Positions 27,201 through 41,663 of a stretch of DNA of 64,000 nt are shown here, one piece after another (the stretch's first letter is position 1; each line of letters begins with the position of its first letter). The notes beneath the pieces are model-generated. The model did no database searches and was not told where the DNA came from. It saw only the letters and a list, made by a program, of their open reading frames with translations. The stretch is from the human T2T-CHM13v2.0 reference genome, Homo sapiens. The DNA lies in the NCBI RefSeq assembly GCF_009914755.1, contig NC_060940.1; one strand, given 5' to 3'. The position numbers and the translations under genes were made by a program.

Positions 27201-29468
27201 GATGATGATTCCATTCGATTCCATTTGATGATTGCATTCTATTTCATTTGATGATGATTCCATTCGAGTCCACTCGATGATTCCATTCGAGTCCATTTAA
27301 TGAATCCATTGGTTTCAATTCTATGATGATTACTTTGGATTCCATTCGTTGATGATTTCATTCGGTTCCATTCAATGATGATTCCATTCAATTCCTTTCA
27401 ATGTTTCCATTCAATTCCATACGATGATGATTCCATTTGATTTGATTCGACAGTGAGCCATTCGATTCAATTCCATGATGATTCTATTTGATTCAATTGG
27501 TTGACATTTCCATTCGATTCCATTCGATGATGATTCCCTTTGATTCCGTTCAAAGATGATTCCATTCTAGCCCATTCAATCATTCCATTCGATTCTATTC
27601 AATGATGATTCCATTCATGTCGATTTGGTGATTCCATTTGACTTCATTTGATGATGATTCCTTTCAAGTTCATTAGATGATTCCATTCGATTCCATTTGA
27701 TGATGATCCCATTCGAGTCCATTCAGTGATTCCATTCGTTTCCATTCCATGATGATTCCATTCCTTTCCATTCAATGATTCCATTCGATTCCGTTTGATG
27801 ATGATTTCATTCGAGTCCATTTGATGATTCCATTTGATTCCATTCGATGATGATTCCATTCGAGTCCATTCGATGATTCTATTCGAATCCATTTGATGAT
27901 TTCTTTTGATTATATTTGGTGATGATTCCATTGGAGTCCATTCAATGATTCCATTCTATTCCCATCGATGATGATTCCATTAGAGTCCATTTAATGATTC
28001 CATTTGATTCCAGTCTCTGATGATTACATTCGAGTCCATACGATGATTCCACTCAATTCCATATGATGATGATTCCATTTGATTCCATTCGGTGATCCCA
28101 TTCTATTCTATTCAATGGTGATTCCATTCGAGTACATTAGATGATTCCATTCGATTCCATTCAATGATGATTCTATTTGTGTCCCTTAGATGACTCCACA
28201 TGATTCCATTAGATGATGATACTATTTGAGCCCATCCAATGATTCCCTTCGATTCCATTCGATGAGGATTCCATTCGATTCAATTCATTGGTGATTCTAT
28301 TCAATTCAATTCTTTGATTCCATTCCATTCCATTCGACAATGATTCCATTCGATTTCTTTCGATGATTCCACTCGATTCCACTTGACATTGATTCCATTC
28401 GATTCCATTCAATGATTCCATTTGATTCCAGTGGATGATGATTGCCATCGATTCCATTCGATCACTCCATTCTATTCCATTTGATGATGATTACATTCGA
28501 TTCCATTTGATGATTCCATCTGATTCTATTCGAGGATTCCATTTGATTCCATTCGATGATGATTCCATTCGAGTCCATTCGATGATTTCATTCGAGTACA
28601 TCCAATGATTCCATTCGAGTCCATTAGATGATTCCATTTGATTCCATTTGAAAATGATTCTACTAGAGTCCATTCAATGACTCCATTCGAGTCCATTCAA
28701 CAATTCCATTCGACTCCATTCGATGATTCCATTCGATTCCATTTGATGGTTCCATTCGAGTCCATTTAATCATTACAGTCGAGTCCATTTGGTGATTCCA
28801 CTGGATTTCTTTTGATAATGATACCATTCAATTACATTTGATGATGATCCCATTCAATTTCATTTGATGATGATTCCATTAGAGTCCATTCGATGATTTC
28901 ATTCGAGTCCCTTCATTGATTCCATCCGATTTCATTGGATGATGACTCCATTCGAGTCCATTCGATGATTCCACTCGATTCCATTAGATGACTCCATTGG
29001 AGTCCATTTGATTGTTCCATTCGATTCCATTCGATTCCTTTCGAAGATTATTCCATTTGAGTCCATTCGATGATGATTCCATTCCATTCCATTCAATGAT
29101 TCCATTCGAATCTATTCCATGATGATTCCTTTCGATTCCATTCGCTGATGTTTCCGTTCAATTCCATTCGATGATGATTCCATTCGATTCCATTCATTGA
29201 GGATTCCATTTGATTCCATTCAATGATGATTCCATTCTATTCCATTCAATGATTGCATTCAATTCCATTCAATGATTATCCCATTAGAGTAAACTCAACG
29301 ATTCCATTCAATACCATTCGATGATGATTCCTTTTGAGTCCATTCAATGATTTCATTCAAGTCCATTTGATGATTCCTTTCAATTCCATTCTATGATGAT
29401 TCCATTCGAGTCCATTCGATGATTCCATTCGATTGCATTCGATGATTCCATTATATTCCATTCAACGG
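24209..29468 (+). repeat. HOR unit U7, 5,260 bp (complex -780 bp in X, -72 bp in Y)
   Basis: Spacing 24301 to 29561 is 5260 (6112-780-72); the 94, 113 and 81-aa marker ORFs are missing. Confidence 0.9.
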
Positions 29469-32400
29469 TGATTCCATTCGAGTCCATTCGATGATTCCAT
29501 TAGAGTACATTTAATGATTGCTTTGTTTTCAATTCGAAGATGATTACATTGGATTCCATTCTATGATACCATTCGATTCCATTCAATGATGATTCCACTC
29601 AAATCCATTGGATGATTCCATTCGTGTCCATTCGGTGATTTCATTAGATTCCATTCGAGGATGATTCCATTCGATTCCATTCGATGATTCCATTCAATTC
29701 CATTCGATGATGATTCCATTCCAGTCCATATGATCATTCCATTTGATTTCATTCGATGATGATTCCATTCGATTCCATTCGACGATTCCATTCTATTCCA
29801 TTCGATGATGATTCCATTCGAGTCCATTCGATGATTCCATTCGAGTCCATTTAATGATTCCATTGGGTTCAATTCAATGATGATTACATTGGATTCCGTT
29901 CTATGATTCCATTCAATTCCGTTCATTGACAATTTGATTCCATTCGATGATGATTCCATTTGAGTTCATTCGATGATTCTATTCGATTCTCTTCGATGGT
30001 GATTCAATTCTATTATATTGGATGATTCCATTCGATTCCATTTGATGTTGATTCAATTCGATTCTATTCGATGATGATTCCATTGGATTTCACTTGATGA
30101 TTCTATTCGATTCCATTCAATGATGATTCACTTCTCGTCCATTGGATGATTCCATTTCATTCCATTCGATGATGATTCCATTCGATTCCATTCGATGATT
30201 CCATTTGATTCCATGCGACGGTGAGCAATTCCATTCAATTCCATGATGATTCTATTTGATTCAATTAGATGATGTTTCCATTCGAATCCATTCCATGATT
30301 ATTCCATTGGAATCCATTCGGCGATGATTCCATATGAGTCAATTCAATGATGATTCCATATGGGTCCGTTCGATGATAATTCCATTTGATTTCATTCGAT
30401 GCTTCTATTCTATTCCAGTCGATGATGATTCCATTGGAGTCCATACGATGATTCCATTTGATTTCATTTGATGATGATTCCATTCGATGATGATTACATT
30501 GGATTCCATTCTATGATTCCATTCAATTCCATTCGTTGATGATTCGATTCCATTCAATGATGATTCCATTTGAGTTCATTCGATGATTCTATTCGATTCC
30601 GTTCGATGGTGATTCAATTCTATTATATTGGATGATTCCAGTCGATTCCATTTTATGATTATTCCATTGGAGTCCACTTAGTGAATCCTTTGGATTCTAC
30701 TCGACGATGATTCCATTCGAGTCCATTCGATGATACCATTCAATTCCATTCGTTGATGCTTCCATTCAAGTGCATTCGATGATATCATTCGATTCCATTT
30801 GATGATAATTCCATTTGATTCCATGCGATGATTCTATTCGATTCCATTCAATGATAATTCCATTCAATTCAGTGATTCCTCTGGACTCCATTTGATGATG
30901 ATTCCATTCAATGATTCCATTCGATTCTATTCGAAAATGATTCCATTTGAATCCATTTGATGATGATTCCATTAGATTCCATTTGATGATTCCATTCGAT
31001 TCCATTCGACGATGATTCCATTCGATTCCGTTTGATGATTCCATTCTATTCTATTCGATGATGATTCCATTCGATTCCATTCGATGATGATTGGATTCGA
31101 TTCCATTTGATGATTTCATTTGATTCCATTCGTTAATGATTTCGATCAATTCCATTCGATGATTCCATTCGATTCCATTCGATAATGATTACATCCGAGT
31201 CCATTCGATGATTCCATTTGAGCCTGTTCGATAATTCCATTTGAGTCCAACCAATGATTCCATTCATTTCCATTCAATGATTCCATTCGAGTCCATTTGA
31301 TCATTCCGGTAGGGTCCATTCGATGTTGATTCCATTGGAGTGCATTCGATGATTCCATTCGAGTCCATTTTAGGATTTGATTCGATTCCTTTCGATGATT
31401 CCATTCGATTCCACTCGATGATGATTTCATTCGAGTCCATTCGACACTTCCAATCGATTCCATTTGATGATTCCATTCGAGTCCAATTGATGATTCCATT
31501 CAATTCCATTCGATGATGATTCCGTACGATTCCATTCTGTGATGATTCCATGTGATTGCATTCAATGATGATTCCTTTCGATTGCATTCGATTATGATTC
31601 ATTTCGTGTTCATTCTATGGTTCCACAGGTTTCCATTCGTGTCCATTCCATTATTCCATTCTATTCCATTTGATGATGATTCCATTCGATTCCATTCATT
31701 GGTGATTCCACTCAATTCCATTCAATGATTCCATTCCATTTCTTTCAACAATGATTCCATTAGTTTCTAATCGATGATCCACTTGATTCCATTTGACGAC
31801 GATTCCATTCTTGTCCATTCGATGATTCCATTTGATTCCATATGATGATGATTCCATTCGATTCCATACCATGATGATTCCATTCGAGTCCATTCAATGG
31901 TGATTCCATTCAATTCCATTCGATGATTCCTTTTGATTCCATTCGATGATGATGGCATTCGATTCCTTTCAATCATTCCCTTTGATTCCATTCAAAGGTG
32001 ATTTCATTCAAGTCCATTCGATAATTGCATTCGATTCCATTCTATGATGATTCCATTCGAGTCCATTTGATGATTCCATTCAATTCAAGTCAATGATGAT
32101 TCCATTCGATTCCATTCGATGATTCCATTGGATTCCATTCGATGATGATTCCATTCAAATCCATTCGATAATTCAATTCAAGTCCATTCGATGATGATTC
32201 CAATCGAATCCATTCAAAGATTCCATTCAGTTCCATTCGATGATTCCCTTAGATTCCATTCGATGATTCCACTTGATTGCATTTACGATGATTCCATTCG
32301 ATTCCATGTGATGATTCCATTCAATTCTATTCAATGATGTCTCCATTTGATTCCATTCGACCATGATTGCCTTTGATTCCATTCAATGATTCCATTCGGT

Positions 32401-35400
32401 TCCGTTTGATGATGATTCCGTTCGATTCCATTTGATGATTCCATTTGATTCCATTGGATGAGTCCATTCGATTACATTCGATGATTATTCCATTCGAGTG
32501 CATTAGATGATTCCATTCGAGTCCATTCGATGATTCCATTCGATTCCATTCGATGTTGATTCTGTTCAAATCCATTCGATGATTCCACTCGATTCCATTC
32601 GTTGACTCCATTTGATCCCATTCGATGATTTCCTTTGATTCCCTTTGATGATCATTCCATTTGATTCAATTCGGTGATTTCATTTGATTCCATTCAGTGA
32701 TGTTTCCATTCGACTCCATTCGATGATGATTCCATTCGACTCCATTCGATTATGATTTCATTCAATTCCATTCGATAATGATTCCCTTCGAGTCCATTCG
32801 ATGATTCCATTCGATTCCATTCAATGATGATTTGATTCGTGTCCATTCGATGATTCCATTTGATTCCACTTGATGATGATTCCATTCGAGTCCATTTGAT
32901 GATTCCATTCAATTCCATACTCCGATGATTTCTTTTGAGCCCACTCAATGCTTCCACTCGATTCCATATGATGATGACTCCATTCGATGAAATTCGATGA
33001 TGATTCCATTCGCTTGCTTTCGATGATGATTCCACTTGAGTCCGTTAGAAGATTCTATTCAATTACATTCCATGACGATTCCGTTCGAGTCCATTTGATG
33101 ATTCCATTAGACTCCATTCGACGATGATTCCATTCGATGTTATTCGATGATTCCATTCGATCTCGTTCGATGATGATTCCATTCAACTCCATTCGATGTT
33201 TCCATTCGAGTTCATTCTATTATTCCATTAGATTCCATTCGATGATGATTCCATTCGATTCCATTTGATGATTGCATTCTATTTCATTTGATGATGATTC
33301 CATTCGAGTCCACTCGATGATTCCATTCGAGTCCATTTAATGAATCCATTGGTTTCGATTCTATGATGATTACATTGGATTCCATTCGTTGATGATTTCA
33401 TTCGGTTCCATTCAATGATGATTCCATTCAATTCCTTTCAATGTTTCCATTCAATTCCATACGATGATGACTCCATTTGATTTGATTCGACAGTGAGCCA
33501 TTCGTTTCAATTCCATGATGATTCTATTTGATTCAATTGGTTGACATTTCCATTCGATTCCATTCGATGATGATTCCCTTTGATTCCGTTCAAAGATGAT
33601 TCCATTCTAGCCCATTCAATCATTCCATTCGATTCTATTTAATGATGATTCCATTCATGTCGATTTGGTGATTCCATTTGACTTCATTTGATGATGATTC
33701 CTTTCAAGTTCATTAGATGATTCCATTCGATTCCATTTGATGATGATCCCATTCGAGTCCATTCAGTGATTCCATTCGTTTCCATTCCATGATGATTCCA
33801 TTCCTTTAGATTGAATGATTCCATTCGATTCCGTTTGATGATGATTTCATTCGAGTCCATTTGATGATTCCATTTGATTCCATTCGATGATGATTCCATT
33901 CGAGTCCATTCGATGATTCTATTCGAATCCATTTGATGATTTCTTTTGATTGTATTTGGTGATGATTCCATTGGAGTCCATTCAATGATTCCATTCTATT
34001 CCAATCGATGATGATTCCATTAGAGTCCATTTAATGTTTCCAATTGATTCCAGTCTCTGATGATTACATTCGAGTCCATACGATGATTCCACTCAATTCC
34101 ATATGATGATGATTCCATTTGATTCCATTCGGTGATTCCATTCTATTCTATTCAATGGTGATTCCATTCGAGTACATTAGATGATTCCATTCGATTCCAT
34201 TCAATGATGATTCTATTTGTGTCCCTTAGATGATTCCACATGATTCCATTAGATGATGATACTATTTGAGCCCATCCAATGATTCCCTTCGATTCCATTC
34301 GATGAGGATTCCATTCGATTCAATTCATTGGTGATTCTATTCAATTCAATTCTTTGATTCCATTCCATTCCATTCGACAATGATTCCATTCGATTTCTTT
34401 CGATGATTCCACTCGATTCCACTTGACATTGATTCCATTCGATTCCATTCAATGATTCCATTTGATTCCAGTGGATGATGATTGCCATCGATTCCATTCG
34501 ATCACTCCATTCTATTCCATTTGATGATGATTACATTCGATTCCATTTGATGATTCCATCTGATTCTATTCGAGGATTCCATTTGATTCCATTCGATGAT
34601 GATTCCATTCGAGTCCATTCGATGATTTCATTCGAGTACATCCAATGATTCCATTCGAGTCCATTAGATGATTCCATTTGATTCCATTTGAAAATGATTC
34701 TACTAGAGTCCATTCAATGACTCCATTCGAGTCCATTCAACAATTCCATTCGACTCCATTCGATGATTCCATTCGATTCCATTTGATGGTTCCATTCGAG
34801 TCCATTTAATCATTACAGTCGAGTCCATTTGGTGATTCCACTGGATTTCTTTTGATAATGATACCATTCAATTACATTTGATGATGATCCCATTCAATTT
34901 CATTTGATGATGATTCCATTAGAGTCCATTCGATGATTTCATTCGAGTCCCTTCATTGATTCCATCCGATTTCATTGGATGATGACTCCATTCGAGTCCA
35001 TTCGATGATTCCACTCGATTCCATTAGATGACTCCATTGGAGTCCATTTGATTGTTCCATTCGATTCCATTCGATTCCTTTCGAAGATTTTTCCATTTGA
35101 GTCCATTCGATGATGATTCCATTCCATTCCATTCGATGATTCCGTTTGATTCCATTCGATGATTCCCTTCGATTCCTTTCTTTGATGATTCCATTCCATT
35201 CCATTCAATGATTCCATTCGAATCTATTCCATGATGATTCCTTTCGATTCCATTCGCTGATGTTTCCGTTCAATTCCATTCGATGATGATTCCATTCGAT
35301 TCCATTCATTGAGGATTCCATTTGATTCCATTCAATGATGATTCCATTCTATTCCATTCAATGATTGCATTCAATTCCATTCAATGATTATCCCATTAGA

Positions 35401-35580
35401 GTAAACTCAACGATTCCATTCAATACCATTCGATGATGATTCCTTTTGAGTCCATTCAATGATTTCATTCAAGTCCATTTGATGATTCCTTTCAATTCCA
35501 TTCTATGATGATTCCATTCGAGTCCATTCGATGATTCCATTCGATTGCATTCGATGATTCCATTATATTCCATTCAACGG
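29469..35580 (+). repeat. HOR unit U8, full length 6,112 bp
   Basis: Spacing 29561 to 35673 is 6112. Confidence 0.9.
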
Positions 35581-38500
35581 TGATTCCATTCGAGTCCATT
35601 CGATGATTCCATTAGAGTACATTTAATGATTGCTTTGTTTTCAATTCGAAGATGATTACATTGGATTCCATTCTATGATACCATTCGATTCCATTCAATG
35701 ATGATTCCACTCAAATCCATTGGATGATTCCATTCGTGTCCATTCGGTGATTTCATTAGATTCCATTCGAGGATGATTCCATTCGATTCCATTCGATGAT
35801 TCCATTCAATTCCATTCGATGATGATTCCATTCCAGTCCATATGATCATTCCATTTGATTTCATTCGATGATGATTCCATTCGATTCCATTCGACGATTC
35901 CATTCTATTCCATTCGATGATGATTCCATTCGAGTCCATTCGATGATTCCATTCGAGTCCATTTAATGATTCCATTGGGTTCAATTCAATGATGATTACA
36001 TTGGATTCCGTTCTATGATTCCATTCAATTCCGTTCATTGACAATTTGATTCCATTCGATGATGATTCCATTTGAGTTCATTCGATGATTCTATTCGATT
36101 CTCTTCGATGGTGATTCAATTCTATTATATTGGATGATTCCATTCGATTCCATTTGATGTTGATTCAATTCGATTCTATTCGATGATGATTCCATTGGAT
36201 TTCACTTGATGATTCTATTCGATTCCATTCAATGATGATTCACTTCTCGTCCATTGGATGATTCCATTTCATTCCATTCGATGATGATTCCATTCGATTC
36301 CATTCGATGATTCCATTTGATTCCATGCGACGGTGAGCAATTCGATTCAATTCCATGATGATTCTATTTGATTCAATTTGATGATGTTTCCATTCGAATC
36401 CATTCCATGATTATTCCATTGGAATCCATTCGGCGATGATTCCATATGAGTCAATTCAATGATGATTCCATATGGGTCCGTTCGATGATAATTCCATTTG
36501 ATTTCATTCGATGCTTCTATTCTATTCCAGTCGATGATGATTCCGTTGGAGTCCATACGATGATTCCATTTGATTTCATTTGATGATGATTCCATTCGAT
36601 GATGATTACATTGGATTCCATTCTATGATTCCATTCAATTCCATTTGTTGATGATTCGATTCCATTCAATGATGATTCCATTTGAGTTCATTCGATGATT
36701 CTATTCGATTCCGTTCGATGGTGATTCAATTCTCTTATATTGGATGATTCCAGTCGATTCCATTTGATGATTATTCCATTGGAGTCCACTTAGTGAATCC
36801 TTTAGATTCTACTCGACGATGATTCCATTCGAGTCCATTCGATGATACCATTCAATTCCATTCGTTGATGCTTCCATTCAAGTGCATTCGATGATATCAT
36901 TCGATTCCATTTGATGATAATTCCATTTGATTCCATGCGATGATTCTATTCGATTCCATTCAATGATAATTCCATTCAATTCAGTGATTCCTCTGGACTC
37001 CATTTGATGATGATTCCATTCAATGATTCCATTCGATTCTATTCGAAAATGATTCCATTTGAATCCATTTGATGATGATTCCATTAGATTCCATTTGATG
37101 ATTCCATTCGATTCCATTCGACGATGATTCCATTCGATTCCGTTTGATGATTCCATTCTATTCTATTCGATGATGATTCCATTCGATTCCATTCGATGAT
37201 GATTGGATTCGATTCCATTTGATGATTTCATTTGATTCCATTCGTTAATGATTTCGATCAATTCCATTCGATGATTCCATTCGATTCCATTCGATAATGA
37301 TTACATCCGTGTCCATTCGATGATTCCATTAGAGCCTGTTCGATAATTCCATTTGAGTCCAACCAATGATTCCATTCATTTCCATTCAATGATTCCATTC
37401 GAGTCCATTTGATCATTCCGGTAGGGTCCATTCGATGTTGATTCCATTGGAGTGCATTCGATGATTCCATTCGAGTCCATTTTAGGATTTGATTCGAGTC
37501 CTTTCGATGATTCCATTCGATTCCACTCGATGATGATTTCATTCGAGTCCATTCGACACTTCCAATCGATTCCATTTGATGATTCCATTCGAGTCCAATT
37601 GATGATTCCATTCAATTCCATTCGATGATGATTCCGTACGATTCCATTCTGTGATGATTCCATGTGATTGCATTCAATGATGATTCCTTTCGATTGCATT
37701 CGATTATGATTCATTTCGTGTTCATTCTATGGTTCCACAGGTTTCCATTCGTGTCCATTCCATTATTCCATTCTATTCCATTTGATGATGATTCCATTCG
37801 ATTCCATTCATTGGTGATTCCACTCAATTCCATTCAATGATTCCATTCCATTTCTTTCAACAATGATTCCATTAGTTTCTAATCGATGATCCACTTGATT
37901 CCATTTGACGACGATTGCATTCTTGTCCATTCGATGATTCCATTTGATTCCATATGATGATGATTCCATTCGATTCCATACCATGATGATTCCATTCGAG
38001 TCCATTCAATGGTGATTCCATTCAATTCCATTCGATGATTCCTTTTGATTCCATTCGATGATGATGGCATTCGATTCCTTTCAATCATTCCCTTTGATTC
38101 CATTCAAAGGTGATTTAATTCAAGTCCATTCGATAATTGCATTCGATTCCATTCTATGGTGATTCCATTCGAGTCCATTTGATGATTCCATTCAATTCAA
38201 GTCAATGATGATTCCATTCGATTCCATTCGATGATTCCATTGGATTCCATTCGATGATGATTCCATTCAAATCCATTCGATAATTCAATTCAAGTCCATT
38301 CGATGATGATTCCAATCGAATCCATTCAAAGATTCCATTCAGTTCCATTCGATGATTCCCTTAGATTCCATTCGATGATTCCACTTGATTGCATTTACGA
38401 TGATTCCATTCGATTCCATGTGATGATTCCATTCAATTCTATTCAATGATGTCTCCATTTGATTCCATTCGACCATGATTGCCTTTGATTCCATTCAATG

Positions 38501-41500
38501 ATTCCATTCGGTTCCGTTTGATGATGATTCCGTTCGATTCCATTTGATGATTCCATTTGATTCCATTGGATGAGTCCATTCGATTACATTCGATGATTAT
38601 TCCATTCGAGTGCATTAGATGATTCCATTCGAGTCCATTCGATGATTCCATTCGATTCCATTCGATGTTGATTCTGTTCAAATCCATTCGATGATTCCAC
38701 TCGATTCCATTCGTTGACTCCATTTGATCCCATTCGATGATTTCCTTTGATTCCCTTTGATGATCATTCCATTTGATTCAATTCGGTGATTTCATTTGAT
38801 TCCATTCAGTGATGTTTCCATTCGACTCCATTCGATGATGATTCCATTCGACTCCATTCGATTATGATTTCATTCAATTCCATTCGATAATGATTCCCTT
38901 CGAGTCCATTCGATGATTCCATTCGATTCCATTCAACGATGATTTGATTCGTGTCCATTCGATGATTCCATTTGATTCCACTTGATGATGATTCCATTCG
39001 AGTCCATTTGATGATTCTATTCAATTCCATACTCCGATGATTTCTTTTGAGCCCACTCAATGCTTCCACTCGATTCCATATGATGATGACTCCATTTGAT
39101 GAAATTCGATGATGATTCCATTCGCTTGCTTTCGATGATTCCACTTGAGTCCGTTAGAAGATTCTATTCAATTACATTCCATGACGATTCCGTTCGAGTC
39201 CATTTGATGATTCCATTAGACTCCATTCGACGATGATTCCATTCGATGTTATTCGATGATTCCATTCGATCTCATTCGATGATGATTCCATTCAACTCCA
39301 TTCGATGTTTCCATTCGAGTTCATTCTATTATTCCATTAGATTCCATTCGATGATGATTCCATTCGATTCCATTTGATGATTGCATTCTATTTCATTTGA
39401 TGATGATTCCATTCGAGTCCACTCGATGATTCCATTCGAGTCCATTTAATGAATCCATTGGTTTCAATTCTATGATGATTACATTGGATTCCATTCGTTG
39501 ATGATTTCATTCGGTTCCATTCAATGATGATTCCATTCAATTCCTTTCAATGTTTCCATTCAATTCCATACGATGATGATTCCATTTGATTTGATTCGAC
39601 AGTGAGCCATTCGATTCAATTGCATGATGATTCTATTTGATTCAATTGGTTGACATTTCCATTCGATTCCATTCGATGATGATTCCCTTTGATTCCATTC
39701 AAAGATGATTCCATTCTAGCCCATTCAATCATTCCATTCGATTCTATTCAATGATGATTCCATTCATGTCGATTTGGTGATTCCATTTGACTTCATTTGA
39801 TGATGATTCCTTTCAAGTTCATTAGATGATTCCATTCGATTCCATTTGATGATGATCCCATTCGAGTCCATTCAGTGATTCCATTCGTTTCCATTCCATG
39901 ATGATTCCATTCCTTTAGATTGAATGATTCCATTCGATTCCGTTTGATGATGATTTCATTCGAGTCCATTTTATGATTCCATTTGATTCCATTCGATGAT
40001 GATTCCATTCGAGTCCATTCGATGATTCTATTCGAATCCATTTGATGATTTCTTTTGATTGTATTTGGTGATGATTCCATTGGAGTCCATTCAATGATTC
40101 CATTCTATTCCAATCGATGATGATTCCATTAGAGTCCATTTAATGTTTCCAATTGATTCCAGTCTCTGATGATTACATTCGAGTCCATACGATGATTCCA
40201 CTCAATTCCATATGATGATGATTCCATTTGATTCCATTCGGTGATTCCATTCTATTCTATTCAATGGTGATTCCATTCGAGTACATTAGATGATTCCATT
40301 CGATTCCATTCAATGATGATTCTATTTGTGTCCCTTAGATGATTCCACATGATTCCATTAGATGATGATACTATTTGAGCCCATCCAATGATTCCCTTCG
40401 ATTCCATTCGATGAGGATTCCATTCGATTCAATTCATTGGTGATTCTATTCAATTCAATTCTTTGATTCCATTCCATTCCATTCGACAATGATTCCATTC
40501 GATTTCTTTCGATGATTCCACTCGATTCCACTTGACATTGATTCCATTCGATTCCATTCAATGATTCCATTTGATTCCAGTGGATGATGATTGCCATCGA
40601 TTCCATTCGATCACTCCATTCTATTCCATTTGATGATGATTACATTCGATTCCATTTGATGATTCCATCTGATTCTATTCGAGGATTCCATTTGATTCCA
40701 TTCGATGATGATTCCATTCGAGTCCATTCGATGATTTCATTCGAGTACATCCAATGATTCCATTCGAGTCCATTAGATGATTCCATTTGATTCCATTTGA
40801 AAATGATTCTACTAGAGTCCATTCAATGACTCCATTCGAGTCCATTCAACAATTCCATTCGACTCCATTCGATGATTCCATTCGATTCCATTTGATGGTT
40901 CCATTCGAGTCCATTTAATCATTACAGTCGAGTCCATTTGGTGATTCCACTGGATTTCTTTTGATAATGATACCATTCAATTACATTTGATGATGATCCC
41001 ATTCAATTTCATTTGATGATGATTCCATTAGAGTCCATTCGATGATTTCATTCGAGTCCCTTCATTGATTCCATCCGATTTCATTGGATGATGACTCCAT
41101 TCGAGTCCATTCGATGATTCCACTCGATTCCATTAGATGATTCCATTGGAGTCCATTTGATTGTTCCATTCGATTCCATTCGATTCCTTTCGAAGATTAT
41201 TCCATTTGAGTCCATTCGATGATGATTCCATTCCATTCCATTCGATGATTCCGTTTGATTCCATTCGATGATTCCCTTCGATTCCTTTCTTTGATGATTC
41301 CATTCCATTCCATTCAATGATTCCATTCGAATCTATTCCATGATGATTCCTTTCGATTCCATTATCTGATGTTTCCGTTCAATTCCATTCGATGATGATT
41401 CCATTCGATTCCATTCAATGATGATTCCATTCTATTCCATTCAATGATTGCATTCAATTCCATTCAATGATTATCCCATTAGAGTAAACTCAACGATTCC

Positions 41501-41663
41501 ATTCAATACCATTCGATGATGATTCCTTTTGAGTCCATTCAATGATTTCATTCAAGTCCATTTGATGATTCCTTTCAATTCCATTCTATGATGATTCCAT
41601 TCGAGTCCATTCGATGATTCCATTCGATTGCATTCGATGATTCCATTATATTCCATTCAACGG
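35581..41663 (+). repeat. HOR unit U9, 6,083 bp (-3 bp GAT, -26 bp monomer)
   Basis: Spacing 36878 to 42961 is 6083; GAT loss near 39134 and a 26-bp loss near 41410. Confidence 0.9.

Noticed and set aside
1752-29094. Large deletion sizes (704, 610, 780, 2263) being sums of 23- and 26-bp monomers
   Set aside because: Any integer above about 550 can be written as 23a+26b, so this is uninformative; it is meaningful only for the 26- and 72-bp events.
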